From positions 2,944,001-3,008,000 of the forward strand of contig OZ252239.1 in assembly GCA_965249485.1 (NCBI GenBank): a stretch of 64,000 nucleotides of DNA, in the 5' to 3' direction. Below the pieces are notes generated by a model. The model was given only the letters and a program-made list of their open reading frames with translations. It made no database searches and was not told where the DNA came from. This DNA comes from a bacterium (GTDB taxonomy: Bacteria > SM23-31). Both the position numbers and the translations under genes were made by a program. This document shows, one piece after another, positions 11,117 through 21,358 of this stretch (the stretch's first letter is position 1; the number at the start of each line of letters is the position of its first letter).

Positions 11117-11860
11117 CTAATTGGATTGATATGACAATCCGACACTCCGATGCAATTTTATAATCTCTTTTTGACTTAAATAGCGCCAACCGCCTTTAGG
11201 CAGTTTATATTTAGTGAGTCCTGCAAATTCGAATCGGTCAAGTGATTCAACCTTATAGCCAAGCTGGTCAAACATTCGTTTTATCATATTTTTTCGTCCT
11301 TCATGGACAACCATGGTAACATGCATACCATTAGATGATACCGAATCTATACGGGCGGACACTTTTTCTTTTCTACTGATCTCAATACCTTTATTTAACC
11401 GGTCTTTGTCGCTCTGTGTTAATGATTTATGTATAGCTACACGGTACACTTTATCAATTTCATATTTTGGATGGGTCAGTCTAAAACTTAATGTGCCATC
11501 ATCAGTCAATAGTAAAAGCCCAGTCGTTGTGAGATCTAATCTGCCTACAGAAAATAATCTCCTGTCTGAATTGACAAGGTCAAAAATAGTTTTTCTATTT
11601 TTATCATCATTAACGGTGCAGACAACACCTTTCGGCTTATTGAGCAGAATATAGGAATTCTTCTTTATTAAATGAACAGCGACATTGTTGAATTTGACTT
11701 CATCTTCGCAGGGCACGATTCGTAAACCGGGCTCAAGGACTACCCGGCCGTTAACCGTAACACTGCCATCCTTAATCAGCTTGTCGCTCTTCCTCCGGGC
11801 TGCTATTCCCGCTTGAGAAAGATAGCTGTTCAATCGACAGTCCTGCCTTTTCGGCATCAT
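11117..11860 (-). CDS. rluB: 23S rRNA pseudouridine synthase (RluB/RsuA family)
   Basis: S4 domain, LLNKPKG, VGRLD catalytic motif, EGRKNMIKRM; scpAB context. Confidence 0.85.
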   Translation of the reverse strand: MMPKRQDCRLNSYLSQAGIAARRKSDKLIKDGSVTVNGRVVLEPGLRIVPCEDEVKFNNVAVHLIKKNSYILLNKPKGVVCTVNDDKNRKTIFDLVNSDRRLFSVGRLDLTTTGLLLLTDDGTLSFRLTHPKYEIDKVYRVAIHKSLTQSDKDRLNKGIEISRKEKVSARIDSVSSNGMHVTMVVHEGRKNMIKRMFDQLGYKVESLDRFEFAGLTKYKLPKGGWRYLSQKEIIKLHRSVGLSYQSN

Positions 11861-12389
11861 GATACATTATTTCCTCTATTTCTTCCAGTTTCGGAAGATC
11901 TTCCAGCGAATTAATTCCAAAATAATGTAAAAACTCATCCGTAGTTGCATAAATCAACGGGCGTCCCGGTGCTTTTTCGCGTCCCGCAATTTTAATTAGG
12001 TTTCGTTCAAGTAACGTCCTGAGTGGCGCACCGCAATCGACACCACGTATTTTTTCAATCTCAGCCCGAATGATCGGCTGACGATATGCTACTATTGCAG
12101 CCAATTCCAATCCGGCACGGGATAGTCTGGATCGTTTTTTATCCGACATCAGTTTTTGCACCCATACTGCGTACTGAGGAGCGGTTACAAATTCATACCC
12201 CCCCGCTACATTCTTTAATACTATTCCCCTATCACTATCCTTAAATTCTTTTTCAAGCTCGCTGATAATCTCCTGCGCCTCTTGCTCAGTCAGGTCATCA
12301 ACAATCTGACAAATCGTTTTTACACTTATCTGCTTATCGGATGCAAATATTAATGCCTCAACTATTTGTTTCGTTCCGTTACCAGCCAT
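11772..12389 (-). CDS. scpB: SMC-Scp complex subunit ScpB
   Basis: VEALIFAS, LAAIVAYRQPI, IRGVDC, PGRPLIYATTDEFL..FG. Confidence 0.93.
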   Translation of the reverse strand: MAGNGTKQIVEALIFASDKQISVKTICQIVDDLTEQEAQEIISELEKEFKDSDRGIVLKNVAGGYEFVTAPQYAVWVQKLMSDKKRSRLSRAGLELAAIVAYRQPIIRAEIEKIRGVDCGAPLRTLLERNLIKIAGREKAPGRPLIYATTDEFLHYFGINSLEDLPKLEEIEEIMYHDAEKAGLSIEQLSFSSGNSSPEEERQAD

Positions 12390-12404
12390 ATATTGACGAT
12401 CTTT

Positions 12405-13130
12405 TTATACCGTATTTTGAGTTTGTTTATAAATCCATATATCCTGAAAAGGTTGCGACTGGGCAATACGTATAACACGCATTTTCGCCAGCTCGAGAAT
12501 AGCTAGAAAATTTACAACGATGATAATCTTATCATGGTACTCCATCATTATACTTTTGAAAGAGATTTTCTTTTGCTCATCAAGTAATTTAAGAATACCA
12601 TCCATTCGTTCTTCAACGGTAATAGGTTCCGGCTCAACAATATGATATTTTTCTTCTTTTGTCTCATTCAGAATCCTGTCAAATGCGAGCATTAACTCAT
12701 ATATTGACATCTGCATCTCATAAATCTCATCATCCTCTTCACATTCTATATCACTCTGAATCTTACCTCGAGTAAAATGGCAGAGCCTGCTCCCTTCAAA
12801 TTCTTCCAACTCTTCAGCCGTATTTTTAATACGCTGGTACTCTAAAAGATTCTGGACAAGTTCAGTACGGGGATCTTCGATTCCGTCCTCTTCTTCAACA
12901 TATACAGGAAGTAGAAGCTTGGCTTTTATCCTCATCAACGTCGCCGCCATGACAATAAACTCACCGGCAATTTCGAGATCAAGAATCTGCATCAAATCAA
13001 TGTATTCAAGATACTCTTTCGCAATCTTAGCAATAGGAATGTCATAGACGTCAATCTCGCCTTTTTTGATTAAGAACAAAAGGAGGTCATACGGTCCTTC
13101 AAAAACATTTATTTTAATTTGATATGACAT
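12405..13130 (-). CDS. scpA: Segregation and condensation protein ScpA
   Basis: FEGPYDLLL, IKAKLLLP, DPRTELV, FLAILEL. Confidence 0.93.
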   Translation of the reverse strand: MSYQIKINVFEGPYDLLLFLIKKGEIDVYDIPIAKIAKEYLEYIDLMQILDLEIAGEFIVMAATLMRIKAKLLLPVYVEEEDGIEDPRTELVQNLLEYQRIKNTAEELEEFEGSRLCHFTRGKIQSDIECEEDDEIYEMQMSIYELMLAFDRILNETKEEKYHIVEPEPITVEERMDGILKLLDEQKKISFKSIMMEYHDKIIIVVNFLAILELAKMRVIRIAQSQPFQDIWIYKQTQNTV

Positions 13131-13141
13131 TACCGGAAACG

Positions 13142-14128
13142 TTATCCAATTCTCATGGCACTATACACATCTGCCATGGTAGATTGAGTTATATCTCTTG
13201 CTTTCTTCTCTCCGTCTTTCAGAACATCGACTATTTCGTCCTGCCGTTTTTCATAATACTGTCTGTTCTTTCTGAACGGTTCCAAAATAACAATGAGCTT
13301 ATCTGCGAGCATATTTTTGCAATCGACACACCCAAGTGCACCAGACCGGCACTCAGTAGCAATTTCATCTTTCTTGCTATCATTAAATTTCTCTTGATGC
13401 TGATACACCAGACACACTTCCGGTCTGCCGGGGTCTCCCCGCCTGACTTTTTTCGTATCCGTCACCGCTTTGCGCAATGTGGACAAAATAGTGTCAGGCT
13501 CATCTGTCAGAAAAAGTGCATTGCCTGCTGATTTGCTCATTTTCGAGCCGTCCATACCCTGCAGCCTGCTGAATTTCGTTAGTTTAACTTGGGGCACCGG
13601 AAATACTTTCCCGTACATCTTATTGAACCTCCGGGCGATTTCTCTCGTCATTTCAACATGCGGAGCCTGGTCTTCTCCAACAGGAACAAGATTGGCTTTG
13701 TAAATAAGAATATCTGCTGCCTGCAATACCGGATAACCGAGATGTCCATAGCTGACAGACTCTTCAAGGTTTAACTCCTTGATCTGCTCTTTTACCGTAG
13801 GATTTCTTTCAAGCCTGCTGAGCGTAACCAACATTGAAAAAAGCAGATGCAATTCAGCATGTTCTTTAATCTTTGACTGGATAAACATAGGACTTTTTAC
13901 AGGATCAAGCCCAGCTCCAATCCAGTCAATCACCATATCAATCGTATCCTGAAAAATCGTGTCAGTATTCGCGGCGTTTGTTGTTAAAACATGCCAGTCC
14001 GCTACCAAGTGATAATTCTCAAAAGTATCTTGCAGATTAACCCAGTTTTCCAGAGCCCCAACATAATTTCCGAGATGGAGCCTGCCCGTCGGGCGCATGC
14101 CGCTGAGAATTCTTCCTTTTATCGACAC
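13142..14128 (-). CDS. trpS: Tryptophan--tRNA ligase
   Basis: SGMRPTGRLHLGNY, YPVLQAADIL, VPVGEDQ, KMSKS. Confidence 0.96.
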   Translation of the reverse strand: MSIKGRILSGMRPTGRLHLGNYVGALENWVNLQDTFENYHLVADWHVLTTNAANTDTIFQDTIDMVIDWIGAGLDPVKSPMFIQSKIKEHAELHLLFSMLVTLSRLERNPTVKEQIKELNLEESVSYGHLGYPVLQAADILIYKANLVPVGEDQAPHVEMTREIARRFNKMYGKVFPVPQVKLTKFSRLQGMDGSKMSKSAGNALFLTDEPDTILSTLRKAVTDTKKVRRGDPGRPEVCLVYQHQEKFNDSKKDEIATECRSGALGCVDCKNMLADKLIVILEPFRKNRQYYEKRQDEIVDVLKDGEKKARDITQSTMADVYSAMRIG

Positions 14129-14141
14129 AGTATTATTCAGC

Positions 14142-14648
14142 TCAATTCATAAACAAGTACGGTTTCCAGGTATCATGAAGTGAATCGACATAAAATCTGA
14201 GGAACGACACATGGTTTGGTTTGCGGGGAATCTTGAGCATTGACAATCCTGCTTCTTCCGGTGTTCTGTTACCTTTATCATTATTACATTTGACACAGGC
14301 ACAGACGAGATTTTCCCACGTGATATGTCCGCCACGATCTCTCGGCATAACATGATCAATTGTCAACTCCACGTTTTTCTTTCCGCAGTATTGACACTGG
14401 AAGTCGTCTCTAATTAAAATATTCTTTCGTGAAAGCACAACCTTTTTACCTGGCACTTTTTTGTATAGAAACAAACGGACAATAGAAGGAACCTGAATTT
14501 TTGTATGAATTGAATGCAAAAACTTATGGTCCATCGGTTCGATAACTTCCGCTTTACCGAGATACAGCATCAATACTGCCCGCCGCACATTCGAAACACA
14601 AAGCGGTTCGTAACTCTGATTGAGAACCAGTACTTTCCTGTTGAGCAT
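14142..14648 (-). CDS. HNH endonuclease
   Basis: VLVLNQSYEPL, RD.FQCQYCG, TIDHVMP, WENLVCACVKCN..KG. Confidence 0.9.
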   Translation of the reverse strand: MLNRKVLVLNQSYEPLCVSNVRRAVLMLYLGKAEVIEPMDHKFLHSIHTKIQVPSIVRLFLYKKVPGKKVVLSRKNILIRDDFQCQYCGKKNVELTIDHVMPRDRGGHITWENLVCACVKCNNDKGNRTPEEAGLSMLKIPRKPNHVSFLRFYVDSLHDTWKPYLFMN

Positions 14649-15104
14649 TAGAAATACCTTGGAAACACCTTATATTACAGTGGCTTTTCCGAATATATTT
14701 TATTTCTCAGACTAGGAGTCGGAATTCACATCAGTTCAGTTATGTATCTTCATCATCATCTACAATAAATGCATACCCGATATTTAAGTACTACAAAAAC
14801 TATCTAATGTATGATAATTATGAGAAATAGTCAAGCATTATTCCCGCACTCTCATAGCCACAAAACCATACAAAACAGGAATTTACCTTATCCTGCAGTC
14901 ACTAACTTCACTCCATTCCCACTGGCAGTCTTTTACTTGGTCACTATTGTACAGTTCGTGTTAAAATCGGACATTTTTTCCTCTAAAAAATAAATAATCG
15001 ATTGATAAATTCCGATGAAAATATATGGGTGTATAAATCGTAGCATACTTATACGAGCTTAATTCAGCAGATATACTATACTAATTTTGTTTATATAAAT
15101 TTGC

Positions 15105-15119
15105 TGGTATTGATTTTGC
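15105..15119 (+). promoter_or_regulatory. sigma54-like promoter for the small ORF at 15157
   Basis: TGGTATTGATTTTGC with correct GG-N10-GC spacing, 37 nt upstream of the ATG. Confidence 0.55.
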
Positions 15120-15156
15120 CACTAATTATAGTGGAAATAAAACGGGAGGCATTATA

Positions 15157-15369
15157 ATGGCATTATTTATAGATGAGTCTTTTTCGGACAGTCAGCTTCA
15201 GGCAATCATCAGCTTCCAAGGGAAGCTAACAAAACTGCTGGACCGAAATATAACGTTAGCGGAAGCAATAATAAATTGGATTGCTCTCGGGCATGCCGAA
15301 GATTATAGAAATGGCTTTATTACTGAACACAATAATGCTGCCGAAAAAGCAGAACAAGTTTTATGCTAA
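15157..15369 (+). CDS. Small hypothetical protein (70 aa)
   Basis: Strong GGGAGG RBS, upstream sigma54 motif, protein-like motif EAIINWI...HAEDYR. Confidence 0.7.
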   Translation: MALFIDESFSDSQLQAIISFQGKLTKLLDRNITLAEAIINWIALGHAEDYRNGFITEHNNAAEKAEQVLC

Positions 15370-15923
15370 AACATCCACGCTGCTACCAATCTGGTTTTCC
15401 TGAGTTAAAGCATTTTGAGACAGCCTGAGCTGCGGCGTATTGTTTGCTTCATTTGCATTTGCATTATCAATTCTGTCAACTTGTTCCTGAGATGTACGCT
15501 GTACAGCATTGTCTGCAGTATTTTCTGCAACCGCAGGTGCTGCCGCTCCAGGAGCACTTTCCGTCCTATTTAATACTCAATAGTGTATTTTCATCGGTTC
15601 CGGGTGTCGAACCTGCTGCTACACTTCCTGCCATTATTCTGCCCAACAGGAGGCGTCTGCACAGATTGTACCTGCTGAGTCCTGTTTGTTAATTCAACAC
15701 TATCTTGAAGATTTTGTGAATTATTTATTTGCTGAGTGCCACCCTGCGGCGTTGTATTCTGTACCTGTGGTTGAGGAGTTGCTGCAGTAGGAGCCTGGTT
15801 TTCCGTATTGACCTGTTGAGGTTGTGCCGGACCGGACTGCTGCTCGTTTTGGTTTGGAAGTCTGCTGGCTTGATTAAACTGTCCACCAACATCAAACCTA
15901 TTCTGTATATCACCAATAGCCAT
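15361..15923 (-). pseudogene. Q/N/T-rich protein ending IGSSVDVLA, broken by at least two frameshifts (real or sequencing)
   Basis: The called ORF 15591..15923 changes character near 15635; other frames continue with AGSVAAGSTPGTDEN and RTESAPGAAAP...QENQIGSSVDVLA* (TAA 15361-15363). Confidence 0.6.
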
Positions 15924-15971
15924 AAAACCCCCAATTAAAAAAATGCACGTCTATATTTTGTAACGCACTTG

Positions 15972-16000
15972 AAGGTATAGTTTGTTCCATTAAATGTCAA
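15972..16000 (-). promoter_or_regulatory. sigma70-like promoter
   Basis: TTGACA-N17-TACCTT upstream of the ATG at 15923. Confidence 0.35.
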
Positions 16001-16138
16001 GAATTTAATCAATACTGGCCTAAATAGCCTGCGTGGTGGGAAAATATGAACCTGGATTATTCGATAATCTTAAGTGTATATCTATCAGCTCTCAATACAT
16101 TTAACAATATTTTCAAATTGTCATATTTTATTTGGAAA

Positions 16139-17757
16139 TTAGAAGTCTGTCCCGGGATTTACAATAAGCGCATGCGGTGCATTAAAATTGGTAAATTCGG
16201 CAATCTTTGAAAAAGTTTGACCATTGTCAAGCAGCTTGATTATTCTAAACTCTTCCGCAAACCAGACAATATTTTCATTGACGTTAACATCAATTGCAAT
16301 TGGCTGCGTGAATCCGGTTACCGTTAGATGAAATCCTGCATCTGTATCGATATTGTAAGCAGCAAGAGGAAAATTATTTGGAAGGTCAAATATATCGTCA
16401 AATATTTTAATTACCTCATTATCAATTGTATTGGAAATCCAGCACGAACCGTCCGATTTATTGACTGCCAAGCCTCTTGGATTTTGAAATCCTTCTATGA
16501 TAAATGAAGTAAGATCAACTCTAATTCTGAGTACTCTGTCATTCCCGGTATCGGCTACCCATACATCTCCCGTTTCCTGATTAATATCCAATGCAACTGG
16601 TTGTGACATATTCCCAACCTGATTATCGAACCGGACTGACACAACATTGATCGAATCGAGATTATACCCATCGGGAACACTCGGATCAGGTTGTTGCCGG
16701 TATCTGCAATCCAGACTTCTCCCGTCAACAGAAATATATCTATTGATTGAGGATCCGAAAATCCGGTAAACTTTCGTAATAAATTGCCGTCATGCAACAT
16801 TTCAATAACCTGACTTGAATCACTCATCGAAGTGACCCAAACATTTCCATTAGAACTAATTGCAATATCTGTTGGCCTCTCAAATCCCTGGTCAACCCCA
16901 TTTATTACAAATAATTCCTCACCGTCCGCGGAATATTTTACAACTCTGTCATTGCCCCAATCGGCAATCCAGAGTGTCCTGTCTGAATTATCGACAGCCA
17001 TACCACGGGGCTGCTTTAGCCCGAATATACGAAATAATTGTGTTCCATTTGATGCTAATTTTACGATTTGATCGTTAAACTTATCAGAAATCCATACACT
17101 ACCAAGCTCCTGGAAGACATTGATTTCAATATCCCTTGATGCAGAACCATTGTCTTCATCAGTTACTGTTACTGTAATCGTCACGGATGATACTGAAGTT
17201 GTTGCCCTCCATGTTGCCTGCGTCTCCGTTGTACTGCCGATAAATTCCCCGTCATCCGAAGACCATTGGTACGTTAGCAAACCTCCATCCGGTTCCGTCG
17301 CTGTTGTATTAAGGATAATTATGTTACCGACTAATATATTATTCTCAGATGCAGTCAATGACGATATAACAGGCAATTGATTCTGAATATTGATTATTAC
17401 ACTGTCGACATCGATTCCGTTAAAAGGATCGTTGACCCTCAGAACAATATCTGCCGTGCCGGACACACTCGGTGCCCGCCAAATTGCCGAATCAAGAGAT
17501 GTAAATGTAAAACTACCCTGATTTGCTATCCACAAAAATGCAAGACTGTCATTTTCTATATCACTTACATCGGCTTTTACAGAAATAGTTTCCTGGAAAT
17601 CAACTATACTTTTTGAAGGTATAAGACTCAGGATTTGCGGAGCAGTATTACCTGGCCCAGTGCTGCTCTTGCATTGTATGAGTATTACTAAACTTGATAA
17701 AAATAATACAGTGTAGAGCCGCACAGAACATTTTGCTTTACTTTTTATGATTGCCAT
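16139..17757 (-). pseudogene. Secreted/lipoprotein with two Ig/PKD-like domains and NHL beta-propeller repeats, split by a frameshift near 16690
   Basis: Repeated P.G.AVD...WIADTGNDRV motifs in both ORFs (16555..17772 and 16139..16642); after WIADTGNN the second frame reads DPSVPDGYNLDSINVVSVRFD. Confidence 0.7.
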
Positions 17758-17759
17758 AA

Positions 17760-17987
17760 TTATGTATTCCACTCACCGCGTAATTTATAAATATAAAGAA
17801 TCAATTCGGAAAGTAAGGTTAATACCTCTTCCGGTAATTTTTTATCGGATTTCAAATTACTCAATAATTTAGAAAGATCCTGATCACTTTCGATATCTAT
17901 TCCATGTTCTCGAGCAAACGTAATTATTTCCTCAGGAAGTTTTGGATCGGATTTTTCAGATTGATTCGCCTTATTTGCCTGTACCAT
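17760..17987 (-). CDS. Small FlhB C-terminal-like (EscU/YscU family) protein, N-terminally atypical
   Basis: EEIITFAREHGIDIESD..L...L....LPEEVLTLLSELILYIYKL parallels this window's FlhB tail EKIRAIAIEHDIPIVED...IPENLFHAVAEVLAYVYKL. Confidence 0.65.
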   Translation of the reverse strand: MVQANKANQSEKSDPKLPEEIITFAREHGIDIESDQDLSKLLSNLKSDKKLPEEVLTLLSELILYIYKLRGEWNT

Positions 17988-18000
17988 TTAGTTTCAGCGC

Positions 18001-18795
18001 TTAGATTGCTTTAGATCTGCCTTTTTGTAATTTGAGAGCAAGCTTTACTTCTTCTTCACCGACATTGAGTTTTTCGGCAATTTCAGAATGATTGCCCTGA
18101 CCTCCGGCACTATCAAAAGTGTCCGATATCCGGTCAAAGAATGTGTTCTGCTCCCTTGTACTACTCGTGTTTTTGGCCAAACCAAGAACCATATTTACCT
18201 CTTCCACACCCATTGACAGCACTGTGGCTATTTCCCATGATTCCCAGTTTTGTCCCGACAAATCCCTTACTGCATCATACTTATCACCAGAAGATTTTTG
18301 CAGAATATTATGAGAGCGGAATTTCTTAGTTAAATTTACCGTCTCAGAATCATATCCTGATTTACCAAAATTACTCATTACAGATTCAATTTTCTGTGAA
18401 TGTTCACTTTCAGCCGGTTGAGGTGCGCGCCTCTTAAACTCGCCCTTTTGTTTGTGTATACCATCATCTGTTTGTGAGTAGAGGTGCGCAAGCTTTCGTG
18501 CAAACTGTCGGACATCTTGAATATGTTTATTACTTACAATTTTCTGATCATCTTTACTTTCGGAATGTGGATTTGACTTATTTAATTTCCGGGATTTTTT
18601 TCCGGCAATGCTCTTCTTATTTGTTTTAATGTGCATCTTCATCAATTTCCTGGCAAGCATGATAACCACCAACGCTAATGCACCGACAATGGTATAAAGA
18701 CCTGCAAGAACTGCGATTTCTGTACCGCTTTTTCTAAGCAGTGCCTGGAATCCAATTATACCTTCTTGATTTCTATTTGGGAGTGGTATTTTCAC
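18001..18795 (-). CDS. Membrane-anchored hypothetical protein with two C-terminal HTH-like repeats; possibly the 3' part of the upstream gene
   Basis: One TM; EIATVLSMGVEEVNMVL and EIAEKLNVGEEEVKLAL repeats; weak GTG start. Confidence 0.55.
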   Translation of the reverse strand: MKIPLPNRNQEGIIGFQALLRKSGTEIAVLAGLYTIVGALALVVIMLARKLMKMHIKTNKKSIAGKKSRKLNKSNPHSESKDDQKIVSNKHIQDVRQFARKLAHLYSQTDDGIHKQKGEFKRRAPQPAESEHSQKIESVMSNFGKSGYDSETVNLTKKFRSHNILQKSSGDKYDAVRDLSGQNWESWEIATVLSMGVEEVNMVLGLAKNTSSTREQNTFFDRISDTFDSAGGQGNHSEIAEKLNVGEEEVKLALKLQKGRSKAI

Positions 18796-18818
18796 TTACT
18801 TCATTTTCAACAATAGCA

Positions 18819-19622
18819 TCAGGAGATGGTGCTAATAATACTCTGCATTTTATTATCCGTATCTATGAGATCAGTAGCATCTGATGATTCCAATTCGTCT
18901 GATTTCACAATCATGGATCGCTGCGAATCTTCTATAACGTTACGGCCTTTATCATCTGCATTATTCACCAACAATGCTGATTCATCTTCCTCAGTCTTAT
19001 ACTCTCCTGTTGTATAAGTGCGCACGATATCCGGGAGCTCTGATTGAGAGGAAATTTCTTGACTTACTCGTTCCTCTAGAAGAAATATACCATACAGTAT
19101 TTCACTGTTATTCGAATCAATTTCGCGTGCTTTTTGTAACTGATTCAGGGCTTTCCTGTTGAGTCCACGTTTTTCATACGCCTTACTTCGCTCAAAAAGT
19201 GTTGCTGTATTTGGTATATCTTTATTTAAATAGACATCAATGAGTATTAACCGTTTATCTGAGTTGGCAATAACATTCGTTTTAAAATCACTGTTTGTTT
19301 TGATGGTAAGAGTATAGCCATCACCTGTGTACGTGGAAAATGCATTTTTTATTATATAATCGTGTGCATGAGAAAGATCAAAATCACGATCACGTAAATT
19401 TTCCGAACCCGGTATGACAACAGTAATAGTCCTGTCTTCCCAATCTTCAAATATTTCAAATGAACTAACTTGTTCGGTAGTGATTTGAAACCGGGATTTT
19501 TCTCCCGTAAATTTATACCTGATATCATTAATTTCATCACCCGCAAATATATCGGCGACCATAAGACCAACCAGTAGAAGTTCAAGTACCATTATAAGAA
19601 TATATTTACCTAACTCTCTCAT
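18819..19622 (-). CDS. Exported hypothetical protein (AMIN-like beta domain + TPR)
   Basis: Signal/TM N-terminus, INDIRY...RLILIDV beta pattern, KALNQLQKAREID TPR-like segment. Confidence 0.55.
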   Translation of the reverse strand: MRELGKYILIMVLELLLVGLMVADIFAGDEINDIRYKFTGEKSRFQITTEQVSSFEIFEDWEDRTITVVIPGSENLRDRDFDLSHAHDYIIKNAFSTYTGDGYTLTIKTNSDFKTNVIANSDKRLILIDVYLNKDIPNTATLFERSKAYEKRGLNRKALNQLQKAREIDSNNSEILYGIFLLEERVSQEISSQSELPDIVRTYTTGEYKTEEDESALLVNNADDKGRNVIEDSQRSMIVKSDELESSDATDLIDTDNKMQSIISTIS

Positions 19623-19697
19623 TGTATGTTCCTTATTTAGAATAATGAATTCATAACTAATGAATTATATCCTATATTCTATACACCATGTGTAATA

Positions 19698-20141
19698 TTA
19701 AAGTCCAATTTTCCTAATAGCCTTAGCGCCTTTTTCAGCAAAGGCTGCAAATTTTGTTAAGTCCCTATTTGTAAAATCTTCTTTCCGTTTCATCGTTGAA
19801 AGAGCATACATACCTATTTTATCATTACTCAATTGCAGCGGAATCAGCACGATATTCTTCTCTTTTTCAGATTCACTTGTCTCTCTCACTAATTCATAAT
19901 CATCTATCACGACCGGTCTATTTTCTTCTATGACCCAGTCGATAATTCCTTCTTCAATATAAACTTTTATTTTACTCGCTAAGAAATGGTCCTCATTTGT
20001 ACTAAACGATTTCATTCGATTTTCAGGAATTTCAAACACAAACATTTCACTTTCTTCTACAAGGACAATCTTTCCCGCAAACTCTCTGAGCATGGAAAGA
20101 ATTTCCTCTCTTTTACAGGCGTCCTTACTGTCCTTAACCAT
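19698..20141 (-). CDS. Stand-alone GAF-like domain protein
   Basis: EGIIDWVIEENRPVVIDD...IVLIPL...KIGM...FTNRDL GAF pattern. Confidence 0.65.
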   Translation of the reverse strand: MVKDSKDACKREEILSMLREFAGKIVLVEESEMFVFEIPENRMKSFSTNEDHFLASKIKVYIEEGIIDWVIEENRPVVIDDYELVRETSESEKEKNIVLIPLQLSNDKIGMYALSTMKRKEDFTNRDLTKFAAFAEKGAKAIRKIGL

Positions 20142-20205
20142 AGCTTAGATTGTGCGTGGTTCATAAAGAAAAAGGCACATATTTTACAATTCATACTACT
20201 ACTGT

Positions 20206-20222
20206 AGCAAAATGATTGCCAG
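20206..20222 (-). promoter_or_regulatory. sigma54 promoter for the GAF gene block
   Basis: Minus strand CTGGCAATCATTTTGCT. Confidence 0.65.
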
Positions 20223-20405
20223 AATACGGAATTTGGGCAATTTTCTTTTTTCGGCAGATTGGAATGAATACTTTAATTTTAAATCGGAGTATATTTGGAA
20301 GGTAAAAACAATACCTAATAAAAGGAGTGAAATGTTATGGTAATATATGAGTTTGAAATAAAATCATACGTCAACTTTATATTTGATTTAAGAATGGTGC
20401 TAATA

Positions 20406-21326
20406 TTATTCAACGTATGTGCGTTCAGTAACATGTTTCCCCTGTATTAAACTAATAAATGTTTCCGCTTTTTCGAGCTCATCATCAATCAGTGCTGCAT
20501 AATATCCAAAATCAATTTCCTCATCTATCATCCGTACATCCAAGAGCTGCATTGTTGTTTCACTCAATTCCGGAATAATTGAATCACCGGAATATCCTAT
20601 TTCTCTCCATTTACAGAGGAAATCTGCAAACTGAATTGTGGCAGCAAACTGAGCATGTTCAGGTGCATTTTCCGGATCGTGATGGTATTTGATCATTTCA
20701 ACTAATTGCGCCGGTAGATTCCACTTTTCCACCAGCCAGCTCCCAATGACAGCATGATTAGTGCCAAGGACAGCTTGTTCAGCCTGATGAAATCTTTCAC
20801 CTTCCTTTTCAATGCGTTCATTGATTTCTACAAGCTCTTTCGGAAAATATTGATTCAGGATTAGTTTGCCGATATCGTGCATAAGACCAGCTACAAAAAT
20901 CTCTCCAGTTAAACGAATCCGCATCTGGCGTGCCAAAAGTTTCGCCAAAACACCGCATGCAATGGAGTGTTCCCAAAATCGTCCCATATCGAATAATGAT
21001 TCATTGTTATGTCGTTTAAACCTGTCGATTATGGATACGCTGAGACCGAGATCCTTGATTGTGTCAAATCCCAATACAACAATTGATAAATTAACGGTAC
21101 CGATTCTTCTGGGAAAACCATAGAATGCTGAATTTGCAAGTTTCAGAATCTTTGCAGTTAATACTTGGTCAGTTGAGATAAGCTTGGTAAGTTGTGATGC
21201 TGAAGTGCGGGGATCATCAATAAGTTCGATCATTTTAGCAATGATCGTAGGAAGTGCCGGCAGGCTAAGAACATTTTGCGCAATGCGCTTTATTCTTTCG
21301 TTCTGTTGCTTATTATTCACAGTCAC
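20406..21326 (-). CDS. HDOD-domain protein
   Basis: LPALP, DQVLTAKILKLANSAFYG, FWEHS, AGLMHDIGK, WNLP...YHH. Confidence 0.92.
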   Translation of the reverse strand: MTVNNKQQNERIKRIAQNVLSLPALPTIIAKMIELIDDPRTSASQLTKLISTDQVLTAKILKLANSAFYGFPRRIGTVNLSIVVLGFDTIKDLGLSVSIIDRFKRHNNESLFDMGRFWEHSIACGVLAKLLARQMRIRLTGEIFVAGLMHDIGKLILNQYFPKELVEINERIEKEGERFHQAEQAVLGTNHAVIGSWLVEKWNLPAQLVEMIKYHHDPENAPEHAQFAATIQFADFLCKWREIGYSGDSIIPELSETTMQLLDVRMIDEEIDFGYYAALIDDELEKAETFISLIQGKHVTERTYVE

Positions 21327-21358
21327 TTTTCTAAATCAAGTAATCAATACACCAAAGC

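Noticed and set aside
11772..11860. 89-nt scpB/rluB overlap as a dual-coding feature
   Set aside because: More simply explained by start-site uncertainty or a single indel near 11860 in a sequence with other lesions
14142..14648. HNH gene as a mobile homing endonuclease or defence system
   Set aside because: It is a typical stand-alone HNH in operon with trpS, with no intron, repeats or partner genes
14991..15018. sigma28-like TAAA...TCCGATGA motif
   Set aside because: 16-nt spacer in very AT-rich DNA; a sigma54 motif lies closer to the gene
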